Origin: an uncultured Actinomycetota bacterium
GTDB taxonomy: Bacteria; Actinomycetota; Actinomycetes; CAVWCF01
DNA: 64,000 bases
NCBI GenBank assembly: GCA_963818455.1
Contig: CAWFSE010000001.1
Coordinates: 75,959 to 139,958 of the forward strand
Direction: 5' to 3'
Shown: positions 37,786-49,541 of the stretch, one piece after another
Position numbering within the stretch: the first letter of the stretch is position 1
Layout: every line of letters starts with the position of its first letter
Made by a program: the position numbers and the translations under genes
Notes under the pieces: model-generated
Database searches by the model: none
Seen by the model: only the letters and a program-made list of their open reading frames with translations
Told to the model about the DNA's origin: nothing

Positions 37786-40263
37786 GTGAGCGACCACCCC
37801 GAGACCGGGGCATCCCAGGGGCCGCGCGCCGCCCGGACCCGTTGGCGGATCAGGGGCGTCCGGGTCTTCTCGTCGGCGGCCGACGCCCCCCGGGCGAGGC
37901 GGCCGACGGACGTCCTGCTCGCCGGCCTGATGCTGCTCGTCCTGCTCCTTCTGTGGTGGCCGGCCCCCGGGCCGGGCACGCTCGACCAGCAGGTCACTGA
38001 GTTCCTCACCGGCCTCACCGGCATCTGGGAGGACCTCTGGTCCCTCGGCTACGCGCTGCTCGCGCTGTGGCCGCTCACGGTCCTGCTGCTCGCCCTCGCC
38101 CGGCGCGGCCGTCGACGGCTCCTGCTGGACTACCTGGTCGCCGCGGCCGTCACGCTCGGCGCCGCCCTCCTCTTCGGGTGGCTCGCCGGAACGGACTGGG
38201 CCAAGAGCCTCGAGGCGATCGTCGCGACCGGCCCGCCCCAGGTCTACGTCGGGGTGCGGCTGGCGCTGGCGATGGCGCTCATCGCCACCGCCTCACCCCA
38301 CCTCTCCCGCCCCTTCCGCCTGGTCGGCCGGGCCGTCCTCCTCCTCGGGGCGGTCTCCGCGGTCGCCCTCGGGGCGGCCTACCCGATCGGCATCGCCGCC
38401 GGGCTGGCCGTCGGGCTCCTGGGCGCGGCGGTCGCCCACCTGATCTTCGGCTCGCCCGGGGGCCAGCTCACCGCCGAGCAGGTCGCCGAGGCCCTCGTCG
38501 ACCTCGACCTGACCGCGACCGACGTGCGGCCGGCGCGCGAGCAGGTGCCCGGGGCCGCGCTGTTCGGGGCCGCCGACGGCGGCGGAGCCCTGCTCATCAA
38601 GGTGTACGGCCGCGACGCCTGGGACAGCCAGTTCCTCGCCTCGCTCTGGACGGCGCTGGTCATGCGGGGCGAGCGGCCGCAGCTCGGGCGGACCCGGACC
38701 GCCCAGCTCGAGCACGAGGCGGTCGCGACGCTGATGGCCGAGCGGGCCGGCGTCCCGGTCCTCCCCGTCGTGACGGTCGGCGAGACCTCCGAGGGCGACG
38801 CGCTGCTCGTCACCCGGCTGGCCGGCCGGCCCCTGGCCGCGCTGGCCGCAGACGACGTCACCGACGGGCTGCTCGCGGCCGCCTGGCGGGCGATGGTCAG
38901 CCTGCACACCAGCGGGCTGTCGCACGGCCGCGTCACCCTGCAGCGGATCCTCGTCCTCGACGACGACGGCGTCGCCCTGACCGACCTCGGAGAGGCCGAG
39001 CTCGCCCCGAACGAGGACGACCTCGCGCGGGACGACGCCGGGCTGCTCGTGGCCACGGCGGCCGTGGTCGGGCACCCGCGGGCCGTGGCCGCCGCGCTCG
39101 CCGAGCTGGGCCCGGACGGGGTTGCCGCCGCGCTGCCCTTCCTGCAGCCTGCCGCCCTCGACGCGGCGACCCGCAAGGCCGTCCGGGACGCCGACTGGGA
39201 GCTCGAGGAGCTGCGCGACGCCGCGGCCGCGGCGGCCGGCGTCGAGCCGCCGCCGCTGGAGCGGCTGCGCCGCGTCACGCTCAAGGGCGCGGTGTTCACC
39301 GTCCTGGGCACCCTGTTCGCGTACTACCTGATCACCTCGCTGGCCGACGTCAACTGGAGCGAGATCGCCGCCGACTTCCAGGGGGCGAACTGGGCGCTGA
39401 TCGGGCTGGGCCTGCTGATCTCGCCGTTCGTGCAGGCGTCGTACTCCTCGGCACCCTCGGCGCGTCGATCAAGCGGCTGCGCTACCTGCCCGTGCTCATG
39501 CTGCAGTACGCGATCCAGTTCCTGGCGATCGCGGCGCCCGCGACCGCCGCCCGGCTGGCCCTGGAGATCCGCTTCTTCCAGCGCTTCGGGCTGGCCGCCG
39601 CCGCGGCGGTCTCGATCGGGGTGGTCGACAGCGTGAGCGGGTTCGTCGTGCAGATCCTGCTCCTGCTGCTCATCGGGCTCAGCTCGCTGCCCGGCCTCAC
39701 CGAGCCGATCAACACGGACGATTCGTCCTCCTCGTCGGACTCCTCCAGCGGCGCCTCGACCGGCGAGATGGTGCTGATCCTGCTGGCCATCGTGGTGGTC
39801 GCGTTCCTGATCGCGCTGCTGATCCCCAAGGTGCGGGCCCGGGTGAGGGCCCGGATCCCGGTGATCCGCGCCCAGTTCAAGGAGCAGGCGGCCGCGGCCC
39901 GGCGCACCTTGGTGGTCCTGCGCCACCCCGCCAAGGTCGCGCTGATGCTGGGCGGCAACCTCGGCGCCCAGGTGATCCAGGCGGTCATCCTCGGCGTCTG
40001 CCTGGCCGCGTTCGGCGAGAGCGCAGCGCTGTCGCAGCTGATCCTCATCAACACGTTCGTCAGCCTCTTCGCCGGGCTCATGCCGGTGCCCGGAGGCGTC
40101 GGCGTCGCCGAGGCCGGCTACACCGTCGGGCTGCAGGCGATCGGGGTGCCGAGCTCGATCGCCATCTCCACGGCGCTGGCCTTCCGGCTGGTCACGTTCT
40201 ACCTGCCGCCGATCTGGGGCGGGCCGGCGATGGCGCTGGCTGCGCCGCCGCGAGTACGTCTAG
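37786..40263 (+). CDS. Large membrane protein: N-terminal TM bundle, kinase-like middle domain, C-terminal flippase-like (LPG-synthase-TM/UPF0104) domain; two frameshifts
   Basis: GTG 37786. ORF 37786..39636, then the frame of ORF 38067..41327 (..LRYLPVLMLQYAIQFLAIAAPATAARLALEIRFFQRFG..LMPVPGGVGVAEAGYTVGL..). The tail PIWGGPAMRWLRRREYV* lies in a shifted frame (stop 40261-40263). The middle domain reads ..ALLIKVYGRDAWDS..LVTRLAGRPL..SLHTSGLSHGRVTLQRILV.. Confidence 0.65.
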
Positions 40264-40691
40264 GCCGTCTCGTCGGCCAGCGCCACGCCCCCTGGAGCCT
40301 CCGCCCGCTCGGCAGAGCGCCCCCGCGCCGGCTCCGGCCGCCGCACGATCCAGGTGAAGACCGCGGCCAGCGTCAGCGCCATCACGGTCAGCGGGACGGC
40401 GGACACCCCGAAGACCAGCCCGGCGATCAGCACGGACGACAGCATCCCGAGCCCGGCGGCGACCTTTGCGCTGCGCGGGATGCTGCGGCCTTGCTCCCAG
40501 TCGCTGAGGTAGCGGCCGAACACGCGGTGGCCGCGCAGCCAGGCCTCCATCCGCGGGGAGGCCTTGGTGAAGCACCACGCGGCGATGAGCAGGAAGACCG
40601 TGGTCGGCAACACGGGCACCACCACGCCGACCGCACCGACGCCGACGCTGAGGAATCCCAGCGCGACGTACAGGGGGCGGGTCAGGCGCAC
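40260..40691 (-). CDS. YbaN-family (DUF454) inner-membrane protein (intact)
   Basis: Intact 143-aa ORF: ..GVVVPVLPTTVFLLIAAWCFTKASPRMEAWLRGHRVFGRYLSDW.. Confidence 0.8.
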   Translation of the reverse strand: MRLTRPLYVALGFLSVGVGAVGVVVPVLPTTVFLLIAAWCFTKASPRMEAWLRGHRVFGRYLSDWEQGRSIPRSAKVAAGLGMLSSVLIAGLVFGVSAVPLTVMALTLAAVFTWIVRRPEPARGRSAERAEAPGGVALADETA

Positions 40692-40765
40692 CCCTCAAGG
40701 GTAAGCGGGACCAAGGCCCGATGCGACCGCCGCATCCCTGGTCCAGCCTGGGACGTGGAGGCGCC

Positions 40766-41696
40766 ATGTCATCCGGTCCGGCGGTCCTCGTCGAGGGACT
40801 GCGCAAGGCGTACGGAGAGGTCCGCGCGGTCGACGGCGTGGACCTGGTCATCGAGGTCGGCGAGGTCGTCGCGCTGCTCGGCCCGAACGGCGCCGGCAAG
40901 ACCACAACGGTCGAGATCCTGGAGGGGTACCGGCGGCGCGACGCGGGCCGGGTCGAGGTGCTGGGCGCCGACCCCCAGCAGGCCGGCCGGCGCTACCGCG
41001 AGCGGATCGGCATCGTGCTGCAGGAGGCCGGCTTCGAGGACCAGTTCTCGGTCGCCGAGCTGGTCCGGCTGCATGCCGGCTACTACCCGCACCCCCGCCC
41101 GGTCGACGCGACCATCGAGGTGGTCGGCCTCGGCGACAAGCGCGACGCGCGGGTCAAGACGCTCTCCGGCGGCCAGCGCCGCCGCCTCGACCTCGCCCTC
41201 GGCATCATCGGCGACCCCGAGCTGCTCTTCCTCGACGAGCCCACGACCGGGTTCGACCCGTCCGCGCGCCGCAAGGCCTGGGAGCTCGTCGACCGGCTCC
41301 GCGACCTCGGCACCACGATCCTGCTGACCACGCACTACATGGACGAGGCCGAGCACCTCGCCGACCGCCTGGTGGTCATCGACCGCGGACGTGTCGTGGC
41401 CGACGGGCACCCCGGCCCAGCTGGCGGCCCGCGGCGGGGCGCGCACCGTCGTGTCGTTCCGGCTGCCGCCCGGGGTCGCGGCCGAGGAGCTGCCCGCGCT
41501 GACCGGGGCGGTGCGGCCCTCCGGCGCGACCGTGGACGTGCTCACCCCCGATCCCACCGGCGACGTGCAGGCGGTCACCGCCTGGGCGCTGGCCCGCGGC
41601 GTCGCGCTCGAGGAGCTCGCGCTGGCCCGGCCGAGCCTGGAGGACGTCTACCTCGAGCTGGTCGAGGAGCCGGCCGGGGAGCCCGACCATGCTTGA
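40766..41696 (+). CDS. ABC transporter ATP-binding protein (DrrA/ABC-2 exporter type); one frameshift
   Basis: ATG 40766. GLRKAYGEVRAVDGVDL..LLGPNGAGKTTTVEIL..LSGGQRRRLDLALGIIGDPELLFLDEPTTGFDP..TTHYMDEAEHLADR. A frame switch at ~41400 leads into ORF 41391..41696. Confidence 0.85.
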
Positions 41697-42600
41697 GGCG
41701 CCGGCCCCGCCCGCGGCCGCCGCACGCGGCCCGTCGACGCCGAGGCTCGTGCTCCACCAGGCCGCCCACGAGCTGCGGGCCCTGATCCGCGAGCCGATTG
41801 CGCTGTTCTTCGCGCTGGTCTTCCCGCTGCTGTTCTTCGTCGATCATCAGCTCGCTGGTCGGCAACGAGGTCCATCGACGCCCGCAGCGGGGTGCGGGTG
41901 GCCCAGTTCATGGCCCCGGCGTTCGCCTCGTTCGGGCTGGTGATGGCGACCTTCGCGAGCCTGGCGATCGGGCTCACCGACGCGCGCGAGGACGGCATCC
42001 TCAAGCGGCTGCGCGGCACCCCCCTCAGCCGCCGGCGCCCTGTGGCCGCGAAGGTGCTCGCCGGAGGGGCGATCGGGTTCGCTGTCGGTCCTCTTGCTGG
42101 AGGTCGTCGGCATCGTCTTCTACGACGTCCAGGTGATCGGGCGCACGCTGCCCGCGGCGCTCCTCACGCTGCTCGTCGCGATCGCCTGCTTCAGCGCCCT
42201 CGGCATCGCCGTCGCGGCGTTCGCGCCCACCAGCCAGTCGGCGCAGGCGATCGCCAACGGGCTGGTGATCCCGCTCGCGTTCGTCTCGGACATCTTCGCC
42301 GTCGGGGTCGCCGAACTGCCCGCCTGGATGGAGGCCGTCGGCTGGTTCTTCCCCCTGCGCCACCTGGTCAACGCCCTCGGCGACGCGACCAACCCGTTCC
42401 TCACGGGCAGCGGGCTCTACCTCGACCACCTCGCGGTGCTCGCGGCCTGGGCGCTGGCCGGGGCCGTCGTCGCCACCCGCCGGCTGTCGTTCGAGCCGCG
42501 GAGCGCGGCCAAGCAGGCGGCGGCGCCGCACCGGCGCGGCCGAGAGCCCGCAAGGGCGCGCCCCGGCTCGGGCTGGTCGCCATCTGGGGCAGGGAGGTGA
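41689..42600 (+). CDS. ABC-2-type transporter permease 1; frame-disrupted
   Basis: ATG 41689 overlaps the ATPase stop. ..ELRALIREPIALFFALVFPLLFF.., ..FMAPAFASFGLVMATFASLAIGLTDAREDGILKRLRGTPL.. ORF 42094..42600 gives ..LVIPLAFVSDIFAVGVAELPAWMEAVGWFFPLRHLVNAL.. The 3' end is uncertain. Confidence 0.7.
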
Positions 42601-43347
42601 GGCACGCCAACGCGCTGCTGTGGCGCGACCCGGGGTCGGTCTTCTTCGCCATCGCGTTCCCGATCCTGCTGGTGCTGATCATCCCGCAGATCTACGGCGC
42701 CGACGTCGAGGTCGAGGGCGGGACCCCGCTGCCGCGGTTCTACGCCCCGACGATGGCGGTGTACGGCGCGGCGGTCACGGCGTACGTGAACATGCCGGAG
42801 GGGCTGGCGCGGGCCCGCGAGCGCGGGGTGCTCAAGCGGCTGAGCGGGACGCCCTTGCCGATGGCGGCCCTGCTCGCCGGGCGGATCGCCTCGACCGTGT
42901 GGGTGGCGCTGATCACCCTGGTCGGCGTGCTGGGGCTGGCCGGGATCCTCTACGACGTGCCGGTGCCGGGCACCTGGCCCGGGGTCGTGGTGACCTTCGT
43001 GCTGACCACGATCTGCTTCGCGGTGCTGGGCACAGCGCTGGTCACCCTGCTGGGCAGCTCGCGCTCGGTGACGGCGGTGGCCCTGGCCACGCTGCTGCCG
43101 CTGTCGTTCGTCTCCGACATCTTCGTGGTGGGGGCGCAGTTCCCCGCGCCGCTCGACGTGGCTGGGCTGGGCGACCCCGCTGCGGCACGCCACCAACGCG
43201 GTCTCGTCGGCGTACTCCGTCGGCGCGACCGGGTCCGGGCTCGACCTGGGCCACCTGGCGGTGATCCTCGGCTGGCTGCTCGCCGGACTGGCCGTGATCG
43301 CCGTACGGACCCGTTCGGGCCACCTGACCGGCACCGGCGAGCGCTGA
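42522..43347 (+). CDS. ABC-2-type transporter permease 2; start unresolved, one frameshift near the 3' end
   Basis: In the frame of ORF 41892..44918: ..RLGLVAIWGREVRHANALLWRDPGSVFFAIAFPILLVLIIPQ..RERGVLKRLSGTPLP..LLPLSFVSDIFVVGAQFPAPL.. The tail ..LDLGHLAVILGWLLAGLAVIAVRTRSGHLTGTGER* lies in a shifted frame (stop 43345-43347). Confidence 0.65.
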
Positions 43348-43370
43348 CCCGTCGCCCTCGGCCCGCACCA

Positions 43371-44378
43371 TCAGACGGTGAGGACGACCTTGCCGCGGGC
43401 CCGCCCGGACTCCAGGTGCTCGATCGCGGCAGCGGCCTCGGCCAGCGGATACGTGCGGTCGATGATCGGGCGCAGCCGGCCCTCGGCCGCGAGCCGGGCG
43501 AGCTCGGGCATCGCGTCGGGCCCGGGGCCCGCGAAGTCCGGGCGGGGCAGGTGGTCGCTCCGCAGCGAGCCCAGCGCGAGGCCCAGCACCCGGGGCAGGC
43601 TGCCCAGCCAGCGCCGGCCCTCGGCGCCGTACTGGTCGTGCCCGATCAGGACGTACCGGCCGTGCGGCGTGAGGACCCGCTTGACCTGTGCGTACGGGTG
43701 GTTGCCGGGGATGTCGATGACGGCGTCGTACCGCGCCGACCCACGAGTGAAGTCCGTCTGCTCGTAGTCGATGACCTCGTCGGCGCCGATCTCGCGCAGC
43801 GCATCCAGCCGGTCGCCGGCGTCGACCGCGGTCACGTGGGCGCCGTCGGCCTTGGCCAGCTGGACGACGAACATGCCGACCCCGCCGGCCGCGCCGTTGA
43901 CCAGGACGCGGTCTCCGCGGCGCGGCTTGGCCTCGGCCCGCAGGTTGTAGAGCGCGATCAGGGCCGACGTCGGGATTGCCGCGGCCTCGGTGAAGGACAG
44001 CGCCTCCGGCTTGGGCTCCAGCGCGGACTCGGCGGCGGCCACGTACTCGGCGAAGGCCCCGCCGTTGCGCCACTGCATCCCGGCCACGACCTCGCCGAAG
44101 ACCGCGTCGCCAGGCTGGAACCGGGTGGCCCCCGGCCCCACCTGCTCGACGATCCCGGCCATGTCGGTGCCCGGGATGGGGTGGGAGGGGCGCCTCAGGC
44201 CGCCGCCCATGATCCGCAGCACGTACGGGAAGCCGCGCACCATGTGCCAGACGTCGGCGTGCACGGAGGCCGCGTGCACGCGGACGAGCACCTGCCCCTC
44301 GCCGGGGACCGGCCGCGGCACCTCCGCCAGCCGCAGCGCGCTGGCCGGGCCGTACCGGTCCTGGACGATCGCCTTCAT
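43371..44378 (-). CDS. Zinc-type alcohol dehydrogenase / NADPH:quinone oxidoreductase (MDR family, intact)
   Basis: Intact 335-aa ORF: MKAIVQDRYGP..GEGQVLVRVHAASV..VNGAAGGVGMFVVQLAK..GRARGKVVLTV*. Confidence 0.85.
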   Translation of the reverse strand: MKAIVQDRYGPASALRLAEVPRPVPGEGQVLVRVHAASVHADVWHMVRGFPYVLRIMGGGLRRPSHPIPGTDMAGIVEQVGPGATRFQPGDAVFGEVVAGMQWRNGGAFAEYVAAAESALEPKPEALSFTEAAAIPTSALIALYNLRAEAKPRRGDRVLVNGAAGGVGMFVVQLAKADGAHVTAVDAGDRLDALREIGADEVIDYEQTDFTRGSARYDAVIDIPGNHPYAQVKRVLTPHGRYVLIGHDQYGAEGRRWLGSLPRVLGLALGSLRSDHLPRPDFAGPGPDAMPELARLAAEGRLRPIIDRTYPLAEAAAAIEHLESGRARGKVVLTV

Positions 44379-44537
44379 CTCGGCCTCCTCGGCAGCCAGT
44401 CAAGCGACCTGCGCCCGGCACGTCGACCCTGCCCGCCAACGTCCCGGCCGGCGGCGCCGCCCGTACCCTGCCCCACGAAGGGGCCGAGGGAAGCTCGGCC
44501 CCACGTGGCCAACCGAACGCACGATCGAGGAGCGCCC

Positions 44538-44918
44538 ATGCCCCGCACTGCCGTCACCGCGTCCGGCGGCGTCGCCGTCGGGCCGTACTCCCACGGCGTC
44601 GAGGCCGACCGGCTGGTCTTCCTGTCGGGTCAGACGCCGCTCGACCCCGCGACCGGTGCGCTCGTGGGCGGCGGTATCGAGGAGCAGACGCACCGCTGCC
44701 TGGACAACCTGGCCGCCGTGCTGGAGGGCGCCGGACTCGGCCTCGATGACGTCGTCAAGTGCACGGTCTTCCTGACCGACATGGCCGACTTCGCGGCCAT
44801 GAACGCCGCCTACAGCGGCTACTTCGCCGAGCCCTTCCCCGCGCGCACGACCATCGGCGTCGCCGCACTGCCGCTGGGCGCCGCCGTCGAGATCGAGCTG
44901 GTCGCGCTTCGGCCGTGA
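44538..44918 (+). CDS. ridA: RidA/YjgF-family reactive-intermediate deaminase (intact)
   Basis: ATG 44538. GPYSHGVEADRLVFLSGQTPLDPATG..QTHRCLDNLAAVLEGAGLGLDDVVKCTVFLTDMADFAAMNAAY..PARTTIGVAALPLGAAVEIE. Confidence 0.85.
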   Translation: MPRTAVTASGGVAVGPYSHGVEADRLVFLSGQTPLDPATGALVGGGIEEQTHRCLDNLAAVLEGAGLGLDDVVKCTVFLTDMADFAAMNAAYSGYFAEPFPARTTIGVAALPLGAAVEIELVALRP

Positions 44919-45006
44919 AGGGCTCGCCGAGGGCGGAGCATCTCGATGACCGGGGTGATCCGCGAGTTCGCCGACCGTTGGCACGCCTGGAGCATTGGGC
45001 TGGCGG

Positions 45007-46440
45007 TCACAAGGCCCGCAGGATGTCCTCCACGCGGTCCTTGGCGTCACCGAAGAGCATGGCCGCGTTCTCCCGGAAGAACAGCGGGTTCTGCACGCCC
45101 GCGTATCCGGATGCCATCGACCGCTTGAAGACGATGACGTTGCTGGCCTCCCACACCCGCAGCACCGGCATGCCCGCGATGGGGCTGGCCGGGTCGTCCT
45201 CGGCGGCGGGGTTGACGGTGTCGTTGGCGCCGATCACGAGCACGACGTCGGTGTCGGGGAAGTCGTCGTTGATCTCGTCCATCTCCAGGACGATGTCGTA
45301 GGGCACCTTCGCCTCGGCCAGCAGCACGTTCATGTGCCCCGGCAGCCGGCCCGCGACCGGGTGGATCCCGAATCGGACGTTGACGCCGGCGTCACGCAGC
45401 TTGCGGGTGAGCTCGGCCACCCCGTGCTGCGCCTGCGCCACCGCCATGCCGTACCCCGGGGTGATGATGACCGACGTCGCCGCGGTGAGCAGCTCGGCGG
45501 CCTGCTCGGCGTTGACCTCGCGGTGCTCGCCGTAGTCGACGTCGGCGGCCATCGTGCCGCCCTCCACCCCGAACCCGCCGGCGATCACCGAGATGAACGA
45601 GCGGTTCATCGCCCGGCACATGATGTAGGACAGGTAGGCACCGGAGGAGCCGACCAACGCGCCCGTGATGATCAGCAGGTCGTTGTTCAGCAGGAAGCCC
45701 GCGGCGGCCGCCGCCCAGCCGGAGTAGCTGTTCAGCATCGAGACCACGACCGGCATGTCGCCACCGCCGATCGAGGACACCAGGTGCCATCCGAGCAGCA
45801 GCGCGAGGACCGTCATGGCGCCGAGCAGCGACTGGCGCTGGACCTCGTTGTCCTGCGGGATCAGAACGTAGACGGCGGTCATCACGAAGAAGGCGGCGAT
45901 GATCCCGAGGTTCACGGCGTTGTGGGCCGGCAGCATCTTGGGGGCTGAGCCGATCTTGCCCGAGAGCTTGAGGTAGGCCACGATCGAGCCGGTGAGCGTC
46001 ACCGCACCGATGAACACCCCGACGAAGACCTCCACGTCGTGGACCACCGGATAGGCGCTGTCCTCGAACGAGCTGTTCCAGCCGACCAGCACGGCGGCCA
46101 GGCCGACGAAGCTGTGCAGCATCGCGATGAGCTCGGGCATGCCGGTCATCTCGACCTTGCGGGCCTTCCAGATGCCGATCACGGCGCCGATCCCCATCGC
46201 GATCGCGATGAGCAGCAGGCCCTGCGCGCCCGTCCCCTCCGACTGGATCGCTCCGCCGGCGAGGGACACACCCAGCACCGCGGCCAGGACGGTGAACACC
46301 AGGGCGACGGTCATGCCCACGATGCCGAACCGGTTGCCCAGGCGGGCACTCTCGTGCTTGGACAGCCCGGCGAGGGCGAGGATGAACAGCAGGCCGGCGA
46401 CGATGTAGGCGCCCTGCACCAGGGTGAACGAGATCGTCAT
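45007..46440 (-). CDS. pntB: NAD(P) transhydrogenase subunit beta (intact)
   Basis: Intact 477-aa ORF with an N-terminal TM bundle and a C-terminal dIII domain (..[53 protein letters not shown]..). Confidence 0.95.
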   Translation of the reverse strand: MTISFTLVQGAYIVAGLLFILALAGLSKHESARLGNRFGIVGMTVALVFTVLAAVLGVSLAGGAIQSEGTGAQGLLLIAIAMGIGAVIGIWKARKVEMTGMPELIAMLHSFVGLAAVLVGWNSSFEDSAYPVVHDVEVFVGVFIGAVTLTGSIVAYLKLSGKIGSAPKMLPAHNAVNLGIIAAFFVMTAVYVLIPQDNEVQRQSLLGAMTVLALLLGWHLVSSIGGGDMPVVVSMLNSYSGWAAAAAGFLLNNDLLIITGALVGSSGAYLSYIMCRAMNRSFISVIAGGFGVEGGTMAADVDYGEHREVNAEQAAELLTAATSVIITPGYGMAVAQAQHGVAELTRKLRDAGVNVRFGIHPVAGRLPGHMNVLLAEAKVPYDIVLEMDEINDDFPDTDVVLVIGANDTVNPAAEDDPASPIAGMPVLRVWEASNVIVFKRSMASGYAGVQNPLFFRENAAMLFGDAKDRVEDILRAL

Positions 46441-47972
46441 CGCGCGGCGTCCTCGCGCTTGAACATCTGCAGCATCCGTTCGGTCACGGTGAAACCGCCG
46501 AACACGTTGATGCTGGCCACCAGGATGGCGACGAAAGCCAGGACCGACACCCAGACGCTGCCGTGGCCGACCTGCAGCAGCGCCCCCACCAGGATGATGC
46601 CGCTGATCGCATTGGTGACCGACATCAGCGGCGTGTGCAGGGCGTGGTGGACGTTGCCGATCACGTAGAAGCCGATGACCACCGAGAGCATGAACACCAT
46701 GAACCGGCCGAGGAAGGGCTCGGGCATCACGGTCGACAGCAGCAGGAAGCCTGCGGCGCCGGCGCCGATCAGCCCCAGCTTCTTCCCCTGGGCCATCGGC
46801 TGCTTGGGCGGGGGCGGCTCAGGCGGTGGCGCGGCCGCCGCTGCCGGCGCGGCCGACACCTTCACCTCGGGCGGCGGCCAGGTGACCTCGCCGTCTCGGG
46901 CAACGGTGACAGCCCGCAGCACGACGTCGTCCCAGTCGAGCACGCAGACGCCGTCCTTGGCCGGCGTCATCAGCTTCATCAGGTTGACCAGGTTGGTGCC
47001 GTACAGCTGCGAGGCCTGCGCGGCCAGCCGGCCGGCCATGTCGGTGTAGCCGAGGATCGTGACGCCGTTGGCGGTGACCGCCTTCTCGCCCGGCACGGTG
47101 CCCTCGACGTTGCCGCCGTTGGCGGCGGCGAGGTCCACGATCACGCTGCCCGGTCGCATGCTGGCGACCATGTCGGCGGTGATGAGCTTCGGCGCCGGGC
47201 GGCCGGGGATCAGCGCGGTGGTGATGATGATGTCGACGTCCTTGCACTGCTCGGCGTACAGCGCGGCGGCGCGCTGGTTGTAGTCGTCGGACATCTCCTT
47301 GGCGTAGCCGGTGGCGCTGACCTCGACGTCGGCGGCCTGCACCGCGAGGTACTCCCCGCCGAGGGACTTCACCTGGTCGGCGACCTCCGGGCGCGGGTCG
47401 GTCGCCCGCACGATCGCCCCCAGGCTGCCGGCCGCGCCGATAGCGGCCAGGCCGGCCACACCCGCGCCCACGACGAGCACCTTCGCCGGCGGCACCTTGC
47501 CGGCGGCGGTCACCTGGCCGGTGAAGAACCGCCCGAACTCGTTGGCGGCCTCGATCACGGCGCGGTAGCCGGCGATGTTGGCCATCGAGCTGAGGACGTC
47601 AAGGGACTGCGCGCGCGAGATGCGCGGCACGGCGTCCATCGCCAGCGCCGTGATGCGACGCCGGGCCAGGTCGGACACGAGGTCGGGGTTCAGGCCCGGC
47701 GCCATCAAGCAGACCAGCGTCGTCCCCTCGCGCATCGCGTCGAGCTGCTCGACGGCCGGCGCGTTCACCCCGAACACGAGGTCGGCGCCGGTCGCGGCGC
47801 CGATCGAGGCGCCCGCGGCGACGAACGAGTCGTCCGGGAAGTCGGAGGCAGCCCCGGCTCCGGGGTCGACGACCACCTCGTAGCCGAGCTTGATCAGCTG
47901 GACGACCGTCGCGGGGGTGGCCGCCACCCGGGTCTCGCCCGGCCGTGCCTCCGCCAGCACTCCGATGATCAC
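46437..47972 (-). CDS. pntA: NAD(P) transhydrogenase subunit alpha (dI plus membrane dII part, intact)
   Basis: Intact 511-aa ORF: [59 protein letters not shown].. plus C-terminal TM helices. ATGA overlap with pntB. Confidence 0.95.
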   Translation of the reverse strand: MIIGVLAEARPGETRVAATPATVVQLIKLGYEVVVDPGAGAASDFPDDSFVAAGASIGAATGADLVFGVNAPAVEQLDAMREGTTLVCLMAPGLNPDLVSDLARRRITALAMDAVPRISRAQSLDVLSSMANIAGYRAVIEAANEFGRFFTGQVTAAGKVPPAKVLVVGAGVAGLAAIGAAGSLGAIVRATDPRPEVADQVKSLGGEYLAVQAADVEVSATGYAKEMSDDYNQRAAALYAEQCKDVDIIITTALIPGRPAPKLITADMVASMRPGSVIVDLAAANGGNVEGTVPGEKAVTANGVTILGYTDMAGRLAAQASQLYGTNLVNLMKLMTPAKDGVCVLDWDDVVLRAVTVARDGEVTWPPPEVKVSAAPAAAAAPPPEPPPPKQPMAQGKKLGLIGAGAAGFLLLSTVMPEPFLGRFMVFMLSVVIGFYVIGNVHHALHTPLMSVTNAISGIILVGALLQVGHGSVWVSVLAFVAILVASINVFGGFTVTERMLQMFKREDAAR

Positions 47973-48210
47973 GCTGCTCCCCTCGGGTCGGGTCAGATCG
48001 GTACCGCGTGTACCGCTCCAGTCTCCGCTGGGGCGCCGCGGACGCTGAGACCGGGCCCCTGGGAAGGAGGCAGTACTCCCGCAACCTATCCAGGCCGATC
48101 CGCACGCCGACCCCGACTACCGCCCCGTCCGCGCGGGACCTTCGCCCTGACCTCGTCCTGGGCTGGTGACCCGATCGGGTCCTTCCGGGCGGCACCGGCG
48201 AGGCGACCCA

Positions 48211-49452
48211 GGTGGAATCCTTGACGCTCCGTTTCGGAATCTAGCGCCGGGGACTGGTTCCGGCGGCGCGCTTCTTGCGGATGGGTCTGGGGTCGGTGCG
48301 GGTCACGGTCTTCACGAGCTGGTCGCCGATCCAGAACTGCAGCGTCTGCCCGGTGACCAGGACGTCGCAGTGGCTGCCGGCGAAGTTCTTCCCGACGCTG
48401 ACCTGCTGGGCGCCGACGCAGGCCACCCCGTTGGTGGTGACCTTGCGCGCGACCCACTCCTGCCCTGCCCCGGCCTCGCGCTCGGGGCGCGCGGCGACCG
48501 CCCGGGGCGGGGCGCCCGCTGGCCGTGGAACCGGTCTGCGGGGGTCGCATCGGACAGGGACTGGTGCGGGCGGTCGGTGTTGTAGTACTCCACCCACTCA
48601 TCGAGGGCGCCCTGGGCCAGGGCCAGCGACGCGAACACCCGGGTGGTGTCGAACTCCAGCCGCAGGGTGCGGTGGAACCGCTCGACCTTCCCCGTCGTGG
48701 TCGGCGAGCGGGGCGCGGTCAGCAGGTGCTCCACGCCGTTCTCCCGGCAGATCCGATCGAACAGGACCTCGACCGGCGGGGCGTGGAACCGGCCGGTGAA
48801 CACCTTGCCGTTGTCGGTCAGGATCTGCTCCGGCACGCCGTGCGCGCGCATCGCCGCCGCCAGGCCGTCGCAGACCGCCTGCGTCCGCTCCCGCGGCATC
48901 AGCCGCGCCGACACGCAGAACCGGGAGTGGTCGTCGATCCCGGTCAACGCCTTCGCCGCCGTGCCGTCGGCCAGGTGGAACCCCCCGACCACGTCCATCT
49001 GCCACAGCTCCATCGGCGCGCCCCGCTCCCACCGCTTGAACGCCTCGCTGCGCCGCTGGCGAGCGCACCGGGGCGATCACCCCGGCCCGCACCAGCGCCC
49101 GGTAGACCGCCGACTCGCTCGGCAGCGGCTCGAGCCCCGCGCGGGCAAGCTCCACCACGATCCGCCGCGGCCCCCAGAACGGGTGCGCCCGGCGCATCTC
49201 CAGCACCCGGGCCTCGACCGCCCCGGGCATCTGGTGCGGACACCCCGCCGGGCGGTGCGAGCGGTCGGCCAGGCCCTCCAGGCCCTCGGCCTCGTAGCGA
49301 GCCAGCCACGCGTGCAGCGTCTGCCGGCTCACCCTCCACCGCGCGGCCACCTCGGTGACCGACCGGCCCTCCGCGATCACCGCGAGAACGGCCTGATAGC
49401 GCTGCTCAGCCACACTCATCTCCCTCATGCCAGGGAGTGTCAAGAATCAACC
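48211..49452 (-). mobile_element. IS481-family insertion sequence (~1.24 kb)
   Basis: Imperfect terminal inverted repeats: GGTGGAATCCTTGAC (48211-48225) versus the reverse complement of GTCAAGAATCAACC (49439-49452). They bracket a DDE/rve transposase gene. I saw no clear target-site duplication. Confidence 0.7.
48241..49419 (-). CDS. IS481-family transposase (HTH + rve integrase core); frame-disrupted
   Basis: MSVAEQRYQAVLAVIAEGRSVTEVAARWRVSRQTLHAWLARYEAEGLEGLADRSHRP (ORF 48598..49443). ..ELWQMDVVGGFHLADGT..ILTDNGKVFTGRF..HLLTAPRSPTTTGKVERFHRTLRLEF..YNTDRPHQSL (ORF 48312..49013). The tail lies in ORF 48241..48597. Confidence 0.85.
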
Positions 49453-49460
49453 GGAGTAGC

Positions 49461-49526
49461 TGTCAACCATCAGCCGAAGACGTGTAAAGCCTCAGCCGAA
49501 GCCCAAATGTCAGGCATCAACCGAGG
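49461..49526. repeat. Two extra copies of the IS terminal-repeat motif between the IS and the tRNA
   Basis: TGTCAACCATCAGCCGAAG (49461-49479) and TGTCAGGCATCAACCGAGG (49508-49526) each match TGTCAAGAATCAACCGGAG (49438-49456) at about 14/18 positions after the leading T. Confidence 0.55.
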
Positions 49527-49541
49527 CTCTACAGGATGCGG

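Noticed and set aside
41892-44918. The 1008-aa plus-strand ORF spanning the ABC-2 permeases, the antisense of the quinone reductase, and RidA.
   Set aside because: It is a composite. The permease and RidA parts are real, but the middle (43371-44378) is antisense to an intact MDR reductase with clear motifs.
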